Assembly: GCA_963783725.1 (NCBI GenBank)
Contig: CAWAOJ010000002.1
Span: forward strand, 340,469 to 404,468
DNA: 64,000 nucleotides
Reading direction: 5' to 3'
DNA from: an uncultured Chloroflexia bacterium
GTDB lineage: Bacteria > Chloroflexota > Limnocylindria > QHBO01
The position numbers and the translations under genes are program-made. Below the pieces are notes generated by a model, which saw only the letters and a program-made list of their open reading frames with translations, did no database searches and was not told the origin of the DNA. Numbering within the stretch: the stretch's first letter is position 1; each line of letters starts with the position of its first letter. This document shows, piece after piece, positions 37,022-46,872 of the stretch.

Positions 37022-39814
37022 ATGGCGACCCTTCCGCAGGGAACGGTCACGTTTCTGTTCACCGATATCGAGGGCTCGACCAGGCTCGTCCAGGCCTTCG
37101 GTGACCGATACGCGGAGCTGCTCGAAACGCACCAGCAGCTGCTCCGCGCGTCCTTCGCTGGCGGCGTCGAGATCTCGACCGAGGGCGACTCCTTCTTCGT
37201 CGCATTCGGCAGCGCGACGGCGGCGGTCGAGGCGGCCGTGGCGGCGCAACGAGCGGTCGCCGGCCACCAGTGGCCGGCTGGCGCATCGGTCCGGGTGCGC
37301 ATGGGGCTGCACACCGGCCAGCCGAGCCTGGGCGGAGACAACTACGTCGGGTTCGACGTCCACCGCGCAGCACGCATCGCCGCTGCCGGGCGCGGGGGAC
37401 AGGTGCTGCTATCCGAATCGACGCACGGGTTGGTGAGGCGCGACCTGCCGGAGGGCGTCACGGAGCGAGACCTGGGCGAGCATCGGCTCAAGGACCTCTC
37501 GCTGCCCGAACACCTCTTCCAGCTCGTGATCCCGGGCCTTCCGGCAGATTTCCCGCCGCTGCGAGCGCTCGATCCCGCGCGCACGAACCTTCCTCCGCAG
37601 CTCACCAGCTTCATCGGACGCGAGCGCGACCTGGCCGCCCTTCGCGAGCTGTGCCTCACCCATCGGCTCGTCACCGTCATCGGCACCGGAGGCACCGGCA
37701 AGACCCGACTGATGCTGCACGCGGCCGCCGAGCTCAACGACGAGTACACGGACGGCGTGTGGCTGGTGGAGCTTGCGCCGATCGGCGATGCGGCGCTCGT
37801 CCCCCAGGCGGTGTCACGTGCGCTGGGGGCGATCGACGAACCGGGACGCGACACGGTGGATGTGCTGGTGGACTTCCTGCGTGCCAAGTCGCTGCTGCTG
37901 CTGATCGACAACTGCGAGCACGTGATCGGGGAGGTGGCCGCACTCGTGCATCGGTTGGTCACGAGCTGCCCCGGACTCGTGGTCCTTGCCTCGAGCCGCG
38001 AAGCGTTGGCGGTGCCGGGCGAGAGCGTCTACCAGCTTGCCTCCCTCGGGATCCCCGCACGCATCGCGGACGTGCACGAAGATCAGGGTGCGACCTGGCT
38101 CGCGGAGGCCGCCGCCTCGGACGCGGTGCGTCTGTTCGTGGATCGAGCGACGGCGATCATGCCGACCTTTGCGCTCACGCCACCCGACGCGAGAGCGGTG
38201 GTCGAGGTCTGTCGCCGCCTCGACGGCATTCCGCTGGCCATCGAGCTCGCGGCGGCACGCGTGACGCTGCTCTCGGTGCAGGAGATCGCCTCACGGCTGG
38301 GCGATCGCTTCCGGTTGCTGACCGGCGGCCGGCGCACCGCCCTGCCACGACAACAGACCCTTGAGGCGCTCATCGACTGGAGCTGGCAGCTCCTCGACCA
38401 ACCCCAGCAACGCCTGTTGCGCCGCCTGTCCGTCTTCGCCGGAGGCTGGACGCTCGAGGCCGCCAGTGCCGTCACTCGCCTGCCCGACGAGCCGGACGCC
38501 GACGACGAGCTGGAGACGCTCGACATGCTCGGTCATCTCGTCGATCGATCGCTGGTGCTGGTCGACCGGGCGGCGCGGTCGAGATACCGCCTGCTCGAGA
38601 CGATCCGGGCGTTCGCCCGTGAACGCCTCGTGGAGGCGCAGGAAGTCACTGAAATCCACGGCACACATCTCGCCTTCTTCCTGCGACTCGCCGAGGAGGC
38701 GGAGCCCGACCTTCGCGGCCCCCAGATGGCACCGGCACTCGCGCGGCTCGATGCCGACGCCGACAACCTTCGGACCGCGCAGGAGTGGGCTTTCGAGGCC
38801 GATCCGGAGCGCGCGCTGCGCCTGTCGCTCGCCCTCTCGACGCTGTGGCGCTCGCGCGACATGGCGGAGGGGCAGCAATGGCTGAGCCGCGCCGCGGCGC
38901 TCGTAAAGTCGATGCCGGCGCCGGCACCGGAGGCGGCGAGGGAACGGGACATGCTCGTCGCGCGCGTGCTCGCGGCGGCCGCGACGGCGTCGTGGCTGAA
39001 CGGTTCGGGAGCGGTTGGGCTGCCCTGGGCGCGCGAGGCGGTGGAGGTCGCCCAGCGCACCGACGATGTCAGGGCGCGGTACGAGGCGCTCGGCTCACTG
39101 GTCATGTCGACGGTCTTTTCGGGGGGCGAGGCGGGGATCATGGAGCGAGCCAACGAGGTCGTTCGTCTCGCCGAGTCGGTCGGTGACTGGTGGACGATCG
39201 GCTTCACACGTGCCGGTCTGGCGCAGTGGGCGATCGAACGAGGCGACGTGGCGGAGGGCGAGGCCATGCTTGCGTCCGCCATGGCGGCCGCCGACCGCAC
39301 GCAGAACCCGACGGTGATCGCATTCGCGGCATTGGCGCACGCGAGGGTGAGCGGCTTCGCCGGCCGCCTTGCCGAGGCACGGGAGTGGTTCGAGCGGACG
39401 ATCGGCGCGTACCGATCGGTGGGCGATGCGGGACTCGCCCTGGTGGCGAGGAGCGACCTTGCCCACGTGCTGCGCCGCGCCGGTTCGATCGACGAGGCCG
39501 AGGCGATCTATCGCGAGACGCTCCACGAGTGGCTGCATGCCGGGAATCGGGGCGCCATCGCCAATCAGCTGGAGTCGTTCGCCTTCATCTTCGTGAAGCG
39601 GGGGGAGCTCGAGCGTGCGGCGCGGCTCTTCGGCGCCGCGGAGGCGATTCGCGAGGTCGCACAGTCGGTGATGCTGTACTCCGAGCGCGAGGAATACGAC
39701 CAGTCGGTCGGCGCCCTGCGGGCCACGCTCGACCGAACATCGCTCGACGCCGCGTGGGCGGAGGGGCGCCGGCTGTCGACCGATGAAGCCGCATCCCTCG
39801 CCATCTCACGCTAG
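37022..39814 (+). CDS. Class III adenylyl/guanylyl cyclase domain fused to STAND-type P-loop NTPase and C-terminal TPR array
   Basis: CHD motifs VTFLFTDIEGST...GDSFFVAF...GLHTG...VGFDVHRAARI; Walker A GTGGTGKTR; long TPR/helical C-terminus. There is no C-terminal LuxR HTH. Confidence 0.85.
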   Translation: MATLPQGTVTFLFTDIEGSTRLVQAFGDRYAELLETHQQLLRASFAGGVEISTEGDSFFVAFGSATAAVEAAVAAQRAVAGHQWPAGASVRVRMGLHTGQPSLGGDNYVGFDVHRAARIAAAGRGGQVLLSESTHGLVRRDLPEGVTERDLGEHRLKDLSLPEHLFQLVIPGLPADFPPLRALDPARTNLPPQLTSFIGRERDLAALRELCLTHRLVTVIGTGGTGKTRLMLHAAAELNDEYTDGVWLVELAPIGDAALVPQAVSRALGAIDEPGRDTVDVLVDFLRAKSLLLLIDNCEHVIGEVAALVHRLVTSCPGLVVLASSREALAVPGESVYQLASLGIPARIADVHEDQGATWLAEAAASDAVRLFVDRATAIMPTFALTPPDARAVVEVCRRLDGIPLAIELAAARVTLLSVQEIASRLGDRFRLLTGGRRTALPRQQTLEALIDWSWQLLDQPQQRLLRRLSVFAGGWTLEAASAVTRLPDEPDADDELETLDMLGHLVDRSLVLVDRAARSRYRLLETIRAFARERLVEAQEVTEIHGTHLAFFLRLAEEAEPDLRGPQMAPALARLDADADNLRTAQEWAFEADPERALRLSLALSTLWRSRDMAEGQQWLSRAAALVKSMPAPAPEAARERDMLVARVLAAAATASWLNGSGAVGLPWAREAVEVAQRTDDVRARYEALGSLVMSTVFSGGEAGIMERANEVVRLAESVGDWWTIGFTRAGLAQWAIERGDVAEGEAMLASAMAAADRTQNPTVIAFAALAHARVSGFAGRLAEAREWFERTIGAYRSVGDAGLALVARSDLAHVLRRAGSIDEAEAIYRETLHEWLHAGNRGAIANQLESFAFIFVKRGELERAARLFGAAEAIREVAQSVMLYSEREEYDQSVGALRATLDRTSLDAAWAEGRRLSTDEAASLAISR

Positions 39815-40125
39815 GCCGGCGGTGTGGACTCTCGGTGGACGGGCCGCCCGCGGCGCGTCAACTTCGTGGACAAACCGGGTTGGCGGCGAGGCAGTGCCGC
39901 CGTAGGGTGTCTGTGGCACCCACGGAGGGGCCACTCGACGGGTCACCGGAGGTGACACCGGACGGGGCACTCGATTCGACGCTCGACCGATCACTCGATC
40001 CATTTCGGTAACGTCAGGGATGCGGGAGTCGGCGCGGGACCGAACGCGGGACCTTGCACCGGATCATTCACCGGAGCGCGCGCGGGAGTTCCTCCGAAGG
40101 TGCCGTTTTCGTGCGGGCGCGCGGG

Positions 40126-41184
40126 TCACCCGTCGCAGTCGAGCAGTCCCGCCGCCTCCTTCGCGCGCAGGACGTGCCATGCCGCGTTCTCGACGCGTGC
40201 ACGGAACCACTGCTTCACCGACGCCTCGACCTGAATCGCTCGCGCCATCTCGATGGCATCGTCCAGCTGGTTGAGCACGATCATGTCCCCGCCGGCGTTC
40301 AAGAAGTCGCGCGCGCGGGTCGATGCGGGCATGCCCGCGACGGCGGTCGATCCCAGGCTGTCGGAGATGACCACGCCGCGGAAGCCAAGGTCGCCGCGCA
40401 GCATGCCGTTGATGACGGTGTTGGAAAAGACGGCCAGGTGCTGCGGGTCGATCAGCGTGTAGGTCGCCTCCGAGATCATGACGAAGCGTGCGCCCGCGGC
40501 GATGGCGGCGGCAAACGGCGAGAGGTACGGGTCGCCGCGCGTCGTCACGGCATCGGTCACGTCGGCGCTGAAGTCGGTGTTGCCGATCACGCGGCCAAGC
40601 CCTGGAAAGTGCTTGGCGGTCACGCTCACGCCGCTGGCGCCCAGGCCGGCGACGAAGGCCGCGACGTGCGAGGCGGCAGTGGCGGGGTCGTGCGCGTACT
40701 CGCGCGCCCAGTGGCCGATCGGTGCGTTCTGCTCATCGGTCCCGCTTGGAACGACGTCCGCAACGGGCGCGAGATCCAGGTTCACGCCCGCGGCGCGCAG
40801 CTGCGCGCCCCATCGGGCGGCGAGTGACGTCAGCCGAGCGACGGACATGGCGCCCTGCGCCAGCGCGCTCGGCATCACGTCGAAGCCTGGTCCAGTCAGC
40901 GCCTGGATGTCGCCGCCCTCCTGGTTGGCGGCCACGAAGAAGGGCACTCCGTAGGTGGCTGCCCGCGTGGCCTGTGCCTGGACGAGGTTCGACACGCCAC
41001 GTATCGCGGCCACGCCATCGCTCGACCGATGGGCGAACATCACCGAGCCGAAGTGCCACGTCGCGATCGCCTGCTGGCGGGCGGCATCCAGGCGGTCGCT
41101 GGTGAGCCCGATCATGAACAGCTGCCCGATGCGCTGAGCCTCGCTCATGGAGGCGAGCGTTCGGAGTGCGCAGCTGGGCGGCAC
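40126..41184 (-). CDS. Glycoside hydrolase family 3 N-terminal domain protein (NagZ/LpqI-like beta-N-acetylhexosaminidase)
   Basis: AQRIGQLFMIGL...NQEGGDIQAL...VTAKHFPGLG...VVISDSLG. Frame-intact only from GTG 41184; the upstream lipoprotein signal is in another frame (see next feature). Confidence 0.8.
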   Translation of the reverse strand: MPPSCALRTLASMSEAQRIGQLFMIGLTSDRLDAARQQAIATWHFGSVMFAHRSSDGVAAIRGVSNLVQAQATRAATYGVPFFVAANQEGGDIQALTGPGFDVMPSALAQGAMSVARLTSLAARWGAQLRAAGVNLDLAPVADVVPSGTDEQNAPIGHWAREYAHDPATAASHVAAFVAGLGASGVSVTAKHFPGLGRVIGNTDFSADVTDAVTTRGDPYLSPFAAAIAAGARFVMISEATYTLIDPQHLAVFSNTVINGMLRGDLGFRGVVISDSLGSTAVAGMPASTRARDFLNAGGDMIVLNQLDDAIEMARAIQVEASVKQWFRARVENAAWHVLRAKEAAGLLDCDG

Positions 41185-41479
41185 GGCCCGGCGTGGGTGA
41201 CGGCGAGGGCGTCGCGGACGGCCGGGGCGTCGCGGACCGCGGGGGGATCGGCGTTGACGCTGGCGTGGGCACAGCGGTGGGCGCTGGGGCGGAGGCGCTC
41301 GCAGTTGCGGATGAGACCGGCGTGCCGGTGGCGATGCCGACGACAGCGAGGGTCGGCAGCGGCGTCGGCGGCGGGGGAGCGGCGCTGAGCTGCGCGCACG
41401 CGGTCAGGACGAGGATCAGCGGCGCGGCGGCGAGGCGGAGGCGAAGGTGAGGCATGCGTCTCCCGAACCTGCGTGGCAC
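41185..41479 (-). CDS. Lipoprotein signal peptide + Pro/Thr-rich linker ORF, probable 5' part of the GH3 gene displaced by a 1-nt indel
   Basis: MPRRFGRRMPHLRLRLAAAPLILVLTAC (lipobox LTAC), then about 75 aa of PT-rich linker. Beyond about 41185 this frame turns into Arg-rich nonsense while the other frame becomes ...PPSCALRTLASMSEAQRIGQ (GH3). Confidence 0.5.
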
Positions 41480-41555
41480 CCGGCGGGTGCGGATCGGGGC
41501 GCTGACGCATCAGCCTCGAAAGTTGCTACGCCTGCGCCGGCGTAAAGTTGGCAGC

Positions 41556-41906
41556 GTGAACGACAGCGAATCCCCGATCGACCCCGGCGTGCCGCCCAGC
41601 GGCACTGGCTGCGTCGAGTGCCTTGCGTCCGGCGGCTGGTGGTTCCATCTGCGTCGCTGCGCGCAGTGCGGGCACATCGGGTGCTGCGACACGTCGCCCT
41701 CGCAGCACGCCACCCGGCACGCCGAGTCGGCGCGGCACCCGGTGGTGCAGAGCTACGAGCCGGGTGAGGACTGGTTCTGGGACTACGCGCACCTCGAGTA
41801 CGTGGACGGACCGATGCTCGCCGCGCCGCAGCACCGTCCCCTCGACCAGCCGGTGCCCGGGCCGGCCGGCCGCGTTCCGCCGGACTGGGAGAGCCAGCTC
41901 AACTAG
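41556..41906 (+). CDS. UBP-type zinc-finger (zf-UBP) domain protein
   Basis: CVECLASGGWWFHLRRCAQCGHIGCCDTSPSQHATRHAESARHPV is the zf-UBP Cys/His ligand pattern. Start unsure (GTG 41556; track ATG 41454). Confidence 0.65.
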   Translation: MNDSESPIDPGVPPSGTGCVECLASGGWWFHLRRCAQCGHIGCCDTSPSQHATRHAESARHPVVQSYEPGEDWFWDYAHLEYVDGPMLAAPQHRPLDQPVPGPAGRVPPDWESQLN

Positions 41907-41994
41907 TCCGCGTCATTCGACCTCTCACCCGATTCGGCCTACACTTGCGCGCCACGCCTCGCGCCCCGCTCGGGCCGCCGCACGAGACCGCTGC

Positions 41995-43824
41995 ATGACC
42001 TCCGCCCTCACTCCCGCTGCCCTCGGCGTGCGCGACGACATCCGCAACGTCGCGATCGTCGCGCATGTCGACCACGGCAAGACGACCCTGGTCGACGCCC
42101 TGCTGCGCCAGACCGGGACCTTCCGCGCCAACCAGACGCTGGTGGACCGCGTCCTCGACTCGGGAGAGCTGGAGCGCGAAAAGGGGATCACCATCCTCGC
42201 CAAGCAGACGACCGTCGAGTATCGAGGCGTCCACCTCAACATCATCGACACGCCCGGCCACGTCGACTTCGGCGGCGAGGTCGAGCGGGGGCTGGTGATG
42301 GTGGACGCGGTCCTGCTCCTCGTGGACGCCGCTGAGGGCCCGCTGCCCCAGACGCGCTACGTGCTCAAGAAGGCGATGGCGCGCGGCCTGCCGGTGATCG
42401 TCGCGGTCAACAAGATCGACCGATCCGACGCGCGGGCGCCCGAGGTGCTCGACGCGATCTACGACCTGTTCATCAGCCTCGGCGCCGACGACGCGCAGAT
42501 CGACTTTCCGGTGGTCTACACGGTCGGGACCCAGGGAACCGCCTCGCTGTCCCTGACGGAGCCCGGCACCGACCTCGCGCCGCTGCTCGATCTGCTGCTC
42601 GCCGTCACTCCTGCGCCGACCTTCGTGCCCGGACATCCGCTGCAGCTGCTGGTCTCGAACCTCGCCGCATCGGACTACCTCGGTCGCATGGCCGTCGGTC
42701 GCGTGTGGAACGGCACCCTGCGCATCGGCCAGCGGATCTCGATCGTGCGCGAGGATGCGACGATCAGCGGAACCGTCAGCGCGCTGCAGACTGCCCACGG
42801 GATCGACCGCATCGACATGGCGGAGGCGGGTCCGGGCGACATCGTCGCGGTGGCCGGCATCCCCGAGGTGACCATCGGCGACACGATCACCGACCCCGCC
42901 GATCCCCGACCCTTGCCGAGGCTCGACGTCGACGCGCCGACGGTTCGGATGACGTTCGGCGTCAACAGCAGCCCGCTCGTCGGGCGCGAGGGGAAGTTCC
43001 TCACCACGCGGCAGATCAGGGCGCGGCTGGAGCGCGAGGTGCTGGGCAACGTCTCGATCGAGGTCCGTCCGATCGAGGGCACCGATGCGTACGAGGTGCG
43101 CGGCCGCGGTGAGCTCCAGCTCGCCGTCCTGATCGAGCAGATGCGACGCGAGGGCTTCGAGCTCACCGTCAGCCGTCCCGAGGTCATCGAGCGCACCGTG
43201 GACGGCATGCGCCAGGAGCCGTACGAGCGCATCACCATCGACGTGCCGCCGGAGTACATCGGCGCCGTGCAGCAGGGCCTCGCGCCGCGCAAGGCGAGGC
43301 TCGAGCAGCTGACCGCCACCGCCGACGGCCGCGCGCTGCTGGAGTTCACCATCCCGACGCGCGGGTTGATCGGCTACCGCGGCCAGCTGCTGTCGGACAC
43401 ACGCGGCACCGCGCTGCTGCACCAGTTCGGCGAAGGCTACGGCCCCTGGGCCGGCGACGTGGTGCATCGCACCAGCGGCGTGCTGGTGGCCGATCGGAGC
43501 GGGGAGAGTCGCGCCTACGCGCTCTCGAGCCTGATCGAGCGCGGCGAGCTGTTCATCGGTCCGTCCGTCGAAGTCTACGAGGGCATGATCATCGGCGAGA
43601 GCGCGCGACCCGGCGACATGAACGTGAACCCGACCAAGTCAAAGAAGCTGTCGAAGATGCGCACCCAGGCCACCGACGGCGACTACCGCATCCCGACCCC
43701 GCCCCGAGTGCACACCCTGGAAACGGCCATCGAGTTCATCGACGCCGATGAGCTGGTGGAGGTGACCCCAGGCGCGATCCGGCTCCGCAAGCGCGTGCTC
43801 GACGCGCACGGCCGGCGGGATTGA
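41995..43824 (+). CDS. typA: Translational GTPase TypA/BipA
   Basis: [20 protein letters not shown] and NKIDR; 610 aa EF-G-like domain order. Confidence 0.95.
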   Translation: MTSALTPAALGVRDDIRNVAIVAHVDHGKTTLVDALLRQTGTFRANQTLVDRVLDSGELEREKGITILAKQTTVEYRGVHLNIIDTPGHVDFGGEVERGLVMVDAVLLLVDAAEGPLPQTRYVLKKAMARGLPVIVAVNKIDRSDARAPEVLDAIYDLFISLGADDAQIDFPVVYTVGTQGTASLSLTEPGTDLAPLLDLLLAVTPAPTFVPGHPLQLLVSNLAASDYLGRMAVGRVWNGTLRIGQRISIVREDATISGTVSALQTAHGIDRIDMAEAGPGDIVAVAGIPEVTIGDTITDPADPRPLPRLDVDAPTVRMTFGVNSSPLVGREGKFLTTRQIRARLEREVLGNVSIEVRPIEGTDAYEVRGRGELQLAVLIEQMRREGFELTVSRPEVIERTVDGMRQEPYERITIDVPPEYIGAVQQGLAPRKARLEQLTATADGRALLEFTIPTRGLIGYRGQLLSDTRGTALLHQFGEGYGPWAGDVVHRTSGVLVADRSGESRAYALSSLIERGELFIGPSVEVYEGMIIGESARPGDMNVNPTKSKKLSKMRTQATDGDYRIPTPPRVHTLETAIEFIDADELVEVTPGAIRLRKRVLDAHGRRD

Positions 43825-43830
43825 ATCCGA

Positions 43831-44406
43831 TCAGGGACGTCCGGCCAGGAAATCCGCGCTCAGGTGCCCCACCCAGAAGGCGGTGAGGGCCAGCGCCACC
43901 AGCAGCACCACCACGGGCAGGCGGCGCGGCCGAACGACGAGCGCCAGGCGCAGCGCGCCATCCTCGAGGCCGGCGCTCCCGGAGAGCATCGAGACGACGC
44001 TCAGCACCACGGCGACCGCCGGCGCGGTGATCAGGAACAGGTCGACGATCCTCGACCGGGCCCAGCCCTGCAGCGCGCCGTTGAGCGCCGCTGAGAAGTC
44101 CGGCGACCCGACGGCGCTCGCCGCCGCCAGGAGCGAGATGACGATCAAGGTCGGCGCGGTGACGAGCAGCGCCAGCAGCGCGATCGAGGTCGAATGACGC
44201 TGCGGCCAGTCGAAGGACATCGGAGGACCTCCCGTGGTCTGCGATCGGCGAATCGCCTGGATGGTGCGGAGGTGGGCGCCGACGGCGCCGCGGGCGAGGT
44301 CGAGCGCCGTTGATGGGGTGGCCGGGGCCCCGTCGAGCAGCTCCTCGACCTCGGCGCCGTAGCGCTCGCGCCACGCCCGTGGGTACAGGGCCAGCAGCCG
44401 CTTCAT
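43831..44406 (-). CDS. Hypothetical membrane protein downstream of the PadR regulator
   Basis: MKRLLALYPRAWRERYG... followed by several TM helices. ATG at 44406 overlaps the PadR gene end; the upstream part of the track ORF is rejected. Confidence 0.5.
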   Translation of the reverse strand: MKRLLALYPRAWRERYGAEVEELLDGAPATPSTALDLARGAVGAHLRTIQAIRRSQTTGGPPMSFDWPQRHSTSIALLALLVTAPTLIVISLLAAASAVGSPDFSAALNGALQGWARSRIVDLFLITAPAVAVVLSVVSMLSGSAGLEDGALRLALVVRPRRLPVVVLLVALALTAFWVGHLSADFLAGRP

Positions 44407-44804
44407 GTTCCCGCGACCCTCTGCCGCGCGGTCGTCAGCAGCGGATCGAGCCGTGCCAGGCGGGCGCGGAGCGCGGTGCTGCCCGCATCGGTCAGGCGAT
44501 ACGGTCGCCGCCGGCCTTCGGCGGGGAGCGGCGCGAGCAGGCCGTCGGCCTCGAGCCGCGAGATGGCACCGTAGAGCGTGCCGGGACCGAGGCGCACGCC
44601 GGCGAACGCCTGTACGTCGAGCATGATGCCGTGCCCGTGGCGCGGCCCGGAGGCCAGGCTGATCATCACCAGCAGGCCGGGCTCGGTGGGTGGGTTGGGA
44701 GTGGCCAGGATCTCGCCTCCTGCTACGCGCCGCGATACTACGTCGCACGTAGTATCAATCGAGCAGCGCGGGCTGTCAACCACGATTGCCGGCACACCTG
44801 CCAT
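44403..44804 (-). CDS. PadR-family transcriptional regulator
   Basis: LLVMISLASGPRHGHGIMLDV...GTLYGAISRLEADGLL matches the PadR winged helix. The true start is probably internal to this ORF. Confidence 0.7.
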   Translation of the reverse strand: MAGVPAIVVDSPRCSIDTTCDVVSRRVAGGEILATPNPPTEPGLLVMISLASGPRHGHGIMLDVQAFAGVRLGPGTLYGAISRLEADGLLAPLPAEGRRRPYRLTDAGSTALRARLARLDPLLTTARQRVAGT

Positions 44805-44847
44805 GCTGGTGGCGGACGCCCCCGTAAACGCAGGGAGCCGGTGCCGG

Positions 44848-45795
44848 ATGCAGTCGAAGCTCGGGGTTCTGCTATGGAGCCAGTCGACGGACTGGCCGTC
44901 GTTCGAACGCGCCGCGTTGCGCGTGGAGGAGCTCGGCTACGACCACCTGTGGACCTGGGATCACCTGTACGCCATCTTCGGCGACCCGTACCAGCCCATC
45001 TTCGAGGGCTACGCCGCGCTGGCCGCGTGGGCGGCGGCCACCTCGCGCATCCGTCTCGGTCTGCTGGTCGGGGCGAATCCGCTGCGCAACCCGGGGCTGG
45101 TGGCCAAGCTGGTGACCACCATCGATCACATCAGCGGCGGCCGCGCGGTGGCGGGCATCGGTGGCGCCTGGTTCGAGCTGGAGCACCAGGCGCACGGGAT
45201 CGACTTCGGCACGGGCCACGGCCAGCGGCTCGACTGGCTGGACGAGGCCGCTGCCGCGCTGCGCGCGCTGTTCGACGGCGAGACCGTGTCGTCGCCGCCC
45301 GGTGGCCGCTACGCCTTCGACCAGCTGCGACTCCTGCCGCGGCCCGTGCAGCGGCACCTGCCGATCATGATCGGCGGCTCTGGGGAGAAGAAGACCCTCC
45401 GCACCGTCGCTCGCTATGCCGACATGTGGAACGCCATGGGCGACGTCGAGTTCCTGCGCCGCAAGGTCGAGGTGCTGCGGCGCCATTGCGATGCCGTCGG
45501 GCGCGATCCCGCCGAGATCCGCTTCACCGTCGGATGCAAGCCCCTCATCCGCGACAGCGAGCGCGAGGCGCGTCGCGTCTGGGCCTCGCAGATGGAGCAC
45601 AACCGCACCCCGATGAGCGAGGTCGAGGGTGACGACACGTTCTGGGTCGGCACGCCGGAGCAGCTCGCCGAGCGGATGCGCGAGCGGCGTACGCTCGGGT
45701 TCGACTCGTTCATCGGCGAGATGGCCGCGCCGTACGATGACGAGACGCTCGAGCGCTGGATCGGCGAGGTGCGGCCGATGGTGGACTCCGCCTAG
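44848..45795 (+). CDS. LLM-class (luciferase-like) flavin/F420-dependent oxidoreductase
   Basis: TIM-barrel LLM pattern: LGYDHLWTWDHL, RIRLGLLVGANPLRNP, PIMIGGSGEKKTLR. Confidence 0.85.
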   Translation: MQSKLGVLLWSQSTDWPSFERAALRVEELGYDHLWTWDHLYAIFGDPYQPIFEGYAALAAWAAATSRIRLGLLVGANPLRNPGLVAKLVTTIDHISGGRAVAGIGGAWFELEHQAHGIDFGTGHGQRLDWLDEAAAALRALFDGETVSSPPGGRYAFDQLRLLPRPVQRHLPIMIGGSGEKKTLRTVARYADMWNAMGDVEFLRRKVEVLRRHCDAVGRDPAEIRFTVGCKPLIRDSEREARRVWASQMEHNRTPMSEVEGDDTFWVGTPEQLAERMRERRTLGFDSFIGEMAAPYDDETLERWIGEVRPMVDSA

Positions 45796-45830
45796 GCGCT
45801 GACATTCGCGCGCGGTGGTGGCATGCTGCA

Positions 45831-46523
45831 GTGGTGACCGAACCGAGCGAGCGCTCCTGCTGCGCCTCGTCGGCTGATGGGCGCATCGCGCGGCGCTTCG
45901 ACTGTCGTGCGTCGCGCTGGGTGGACGCGCCGGCGTTGCCGCCGATGGTGGACGTCTCGGCCCATCTCCTCCGGGCGCTCGCCGATGTTGAGCAGCTGCG
46001 GCCGTCCATCCTCGAGCTGGGCTGCGGCACCGGTGGGCTCAGCATCGCGCTGCTCGAGCGGGGTGCCTCGCGACTGTCCGGCGTCGACCTGTCGGAGACG
46101 AGCGTGCGCGTCGCGCGCCGGCGCGCCGAGGCCGCTGCGCTGGCCGATGTGGCGTCGTTCAGCGTGGGCGACGCGTCCGTGGCGACGCTTGAGGCTCACG
46201 ACTGGGTGGTCCTCGACCGAGTGCTGTGCTGCTTCGCCGATGCGGACCGCCTCGTCGCCGCGGCGGTCGGCGCCGCGGAACAGCGCATCGCCCTCAGCAT
46301 CCCGGAATCGCGCGGCTGGCGAGGACTGCTGAACCGACCGCTGTGGGCGATGGAGAACCTGTGGGACGTCGTGCGGGGCGGCTGTCGCGGGTTCGTTCAC
46401 GACGTCGGAGCCGTCGAGGCGCGGCTCGCGGCGGACGGGTTCCGTCCCGTCGCCGGACGCCAGGATCACGCGGGTCTGTGGTTCGTGGGCGTGTACGAGC
46501 GCCAGCCGCGGATCAGCGGATGA
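45831..46523 (+). CDS. Class I SAM-dependent methyltransferase with N-terminal Cys pair
   Basis: Motif I ILELGCGTGG. N-terminal CCASS...C, reminiscent of ArsM/UbiE-like methyltransferases. Confidence 0.7.
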   Translation: MVTEPSERSCCASSADGRIARRFDCRASRWVDAPALPPMVDVSAHLLRALADVEQLRPSILELGCGTGGLSIALLERGASRLSGVDLSETSVRVARRRAEAAALADVASFSVGDASVATLEAHDWVVLDRVLCCFADADRLVAAAVGAAEQRIALSIPESRGWRGLLNRPLWAMENLWDVVRGGCRGFVHDVGAVEARLAADGFRPVAGRQDHAGLWFVGVYERQPRISG

Positions 46524-46872
46524 GCAGCGCGCTGACCAGCAGCACGGTGAGCACCACGCCACTCACCGCGACGTAGACGCGATCGCCTTCCAGGGCGAAC
46601 CCGACCAGCGAGGTGACCACGCGCAGGATCGGCGTGGCGACCAGCACCAGCAGCCCCAGCTGACCGATGGCCTGCGGCCGCAAGCGCATCAGCCCCTCGA
46701 CGATCCCGCCGAAATCGGTGACCGCGCCCTCGGCGTTCGGCGCCCCGACCAGGGAACCCGGCCAGCCGACCGCGAACGAACCGACGAAGCCGATCGCGAT
46801 CAGCGCCGCGCTGAGGGTCACACCGCTCAGCAGCACCGTGCTGACGATGCCCCGAAGGCGCTCGGGCGTCAT
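46513..46872 (-). CDS. DUF1634 membrane protein
   Basis: 119 aa, three TM helices; conserved partner of TauE/SafE exporters. Confidence 0.7.
   Translation of the reverse strand: MTPERLRGIVSTVLLSGVTLSAALIAIGFVGSFAVGWPGSLVGAPNAEGAVTDFGGIVEGLMRLRPQAIGQLGLLVLVATPILRVVTSLVGFALEGDRVYVAVSGVVLTVLLVSALLIR

Noticed and set aside
41899-43467. 522-aa minus-strand ORF antisense to typA
   Set aside because: typA is unambiguous (G1-G4 motifs).
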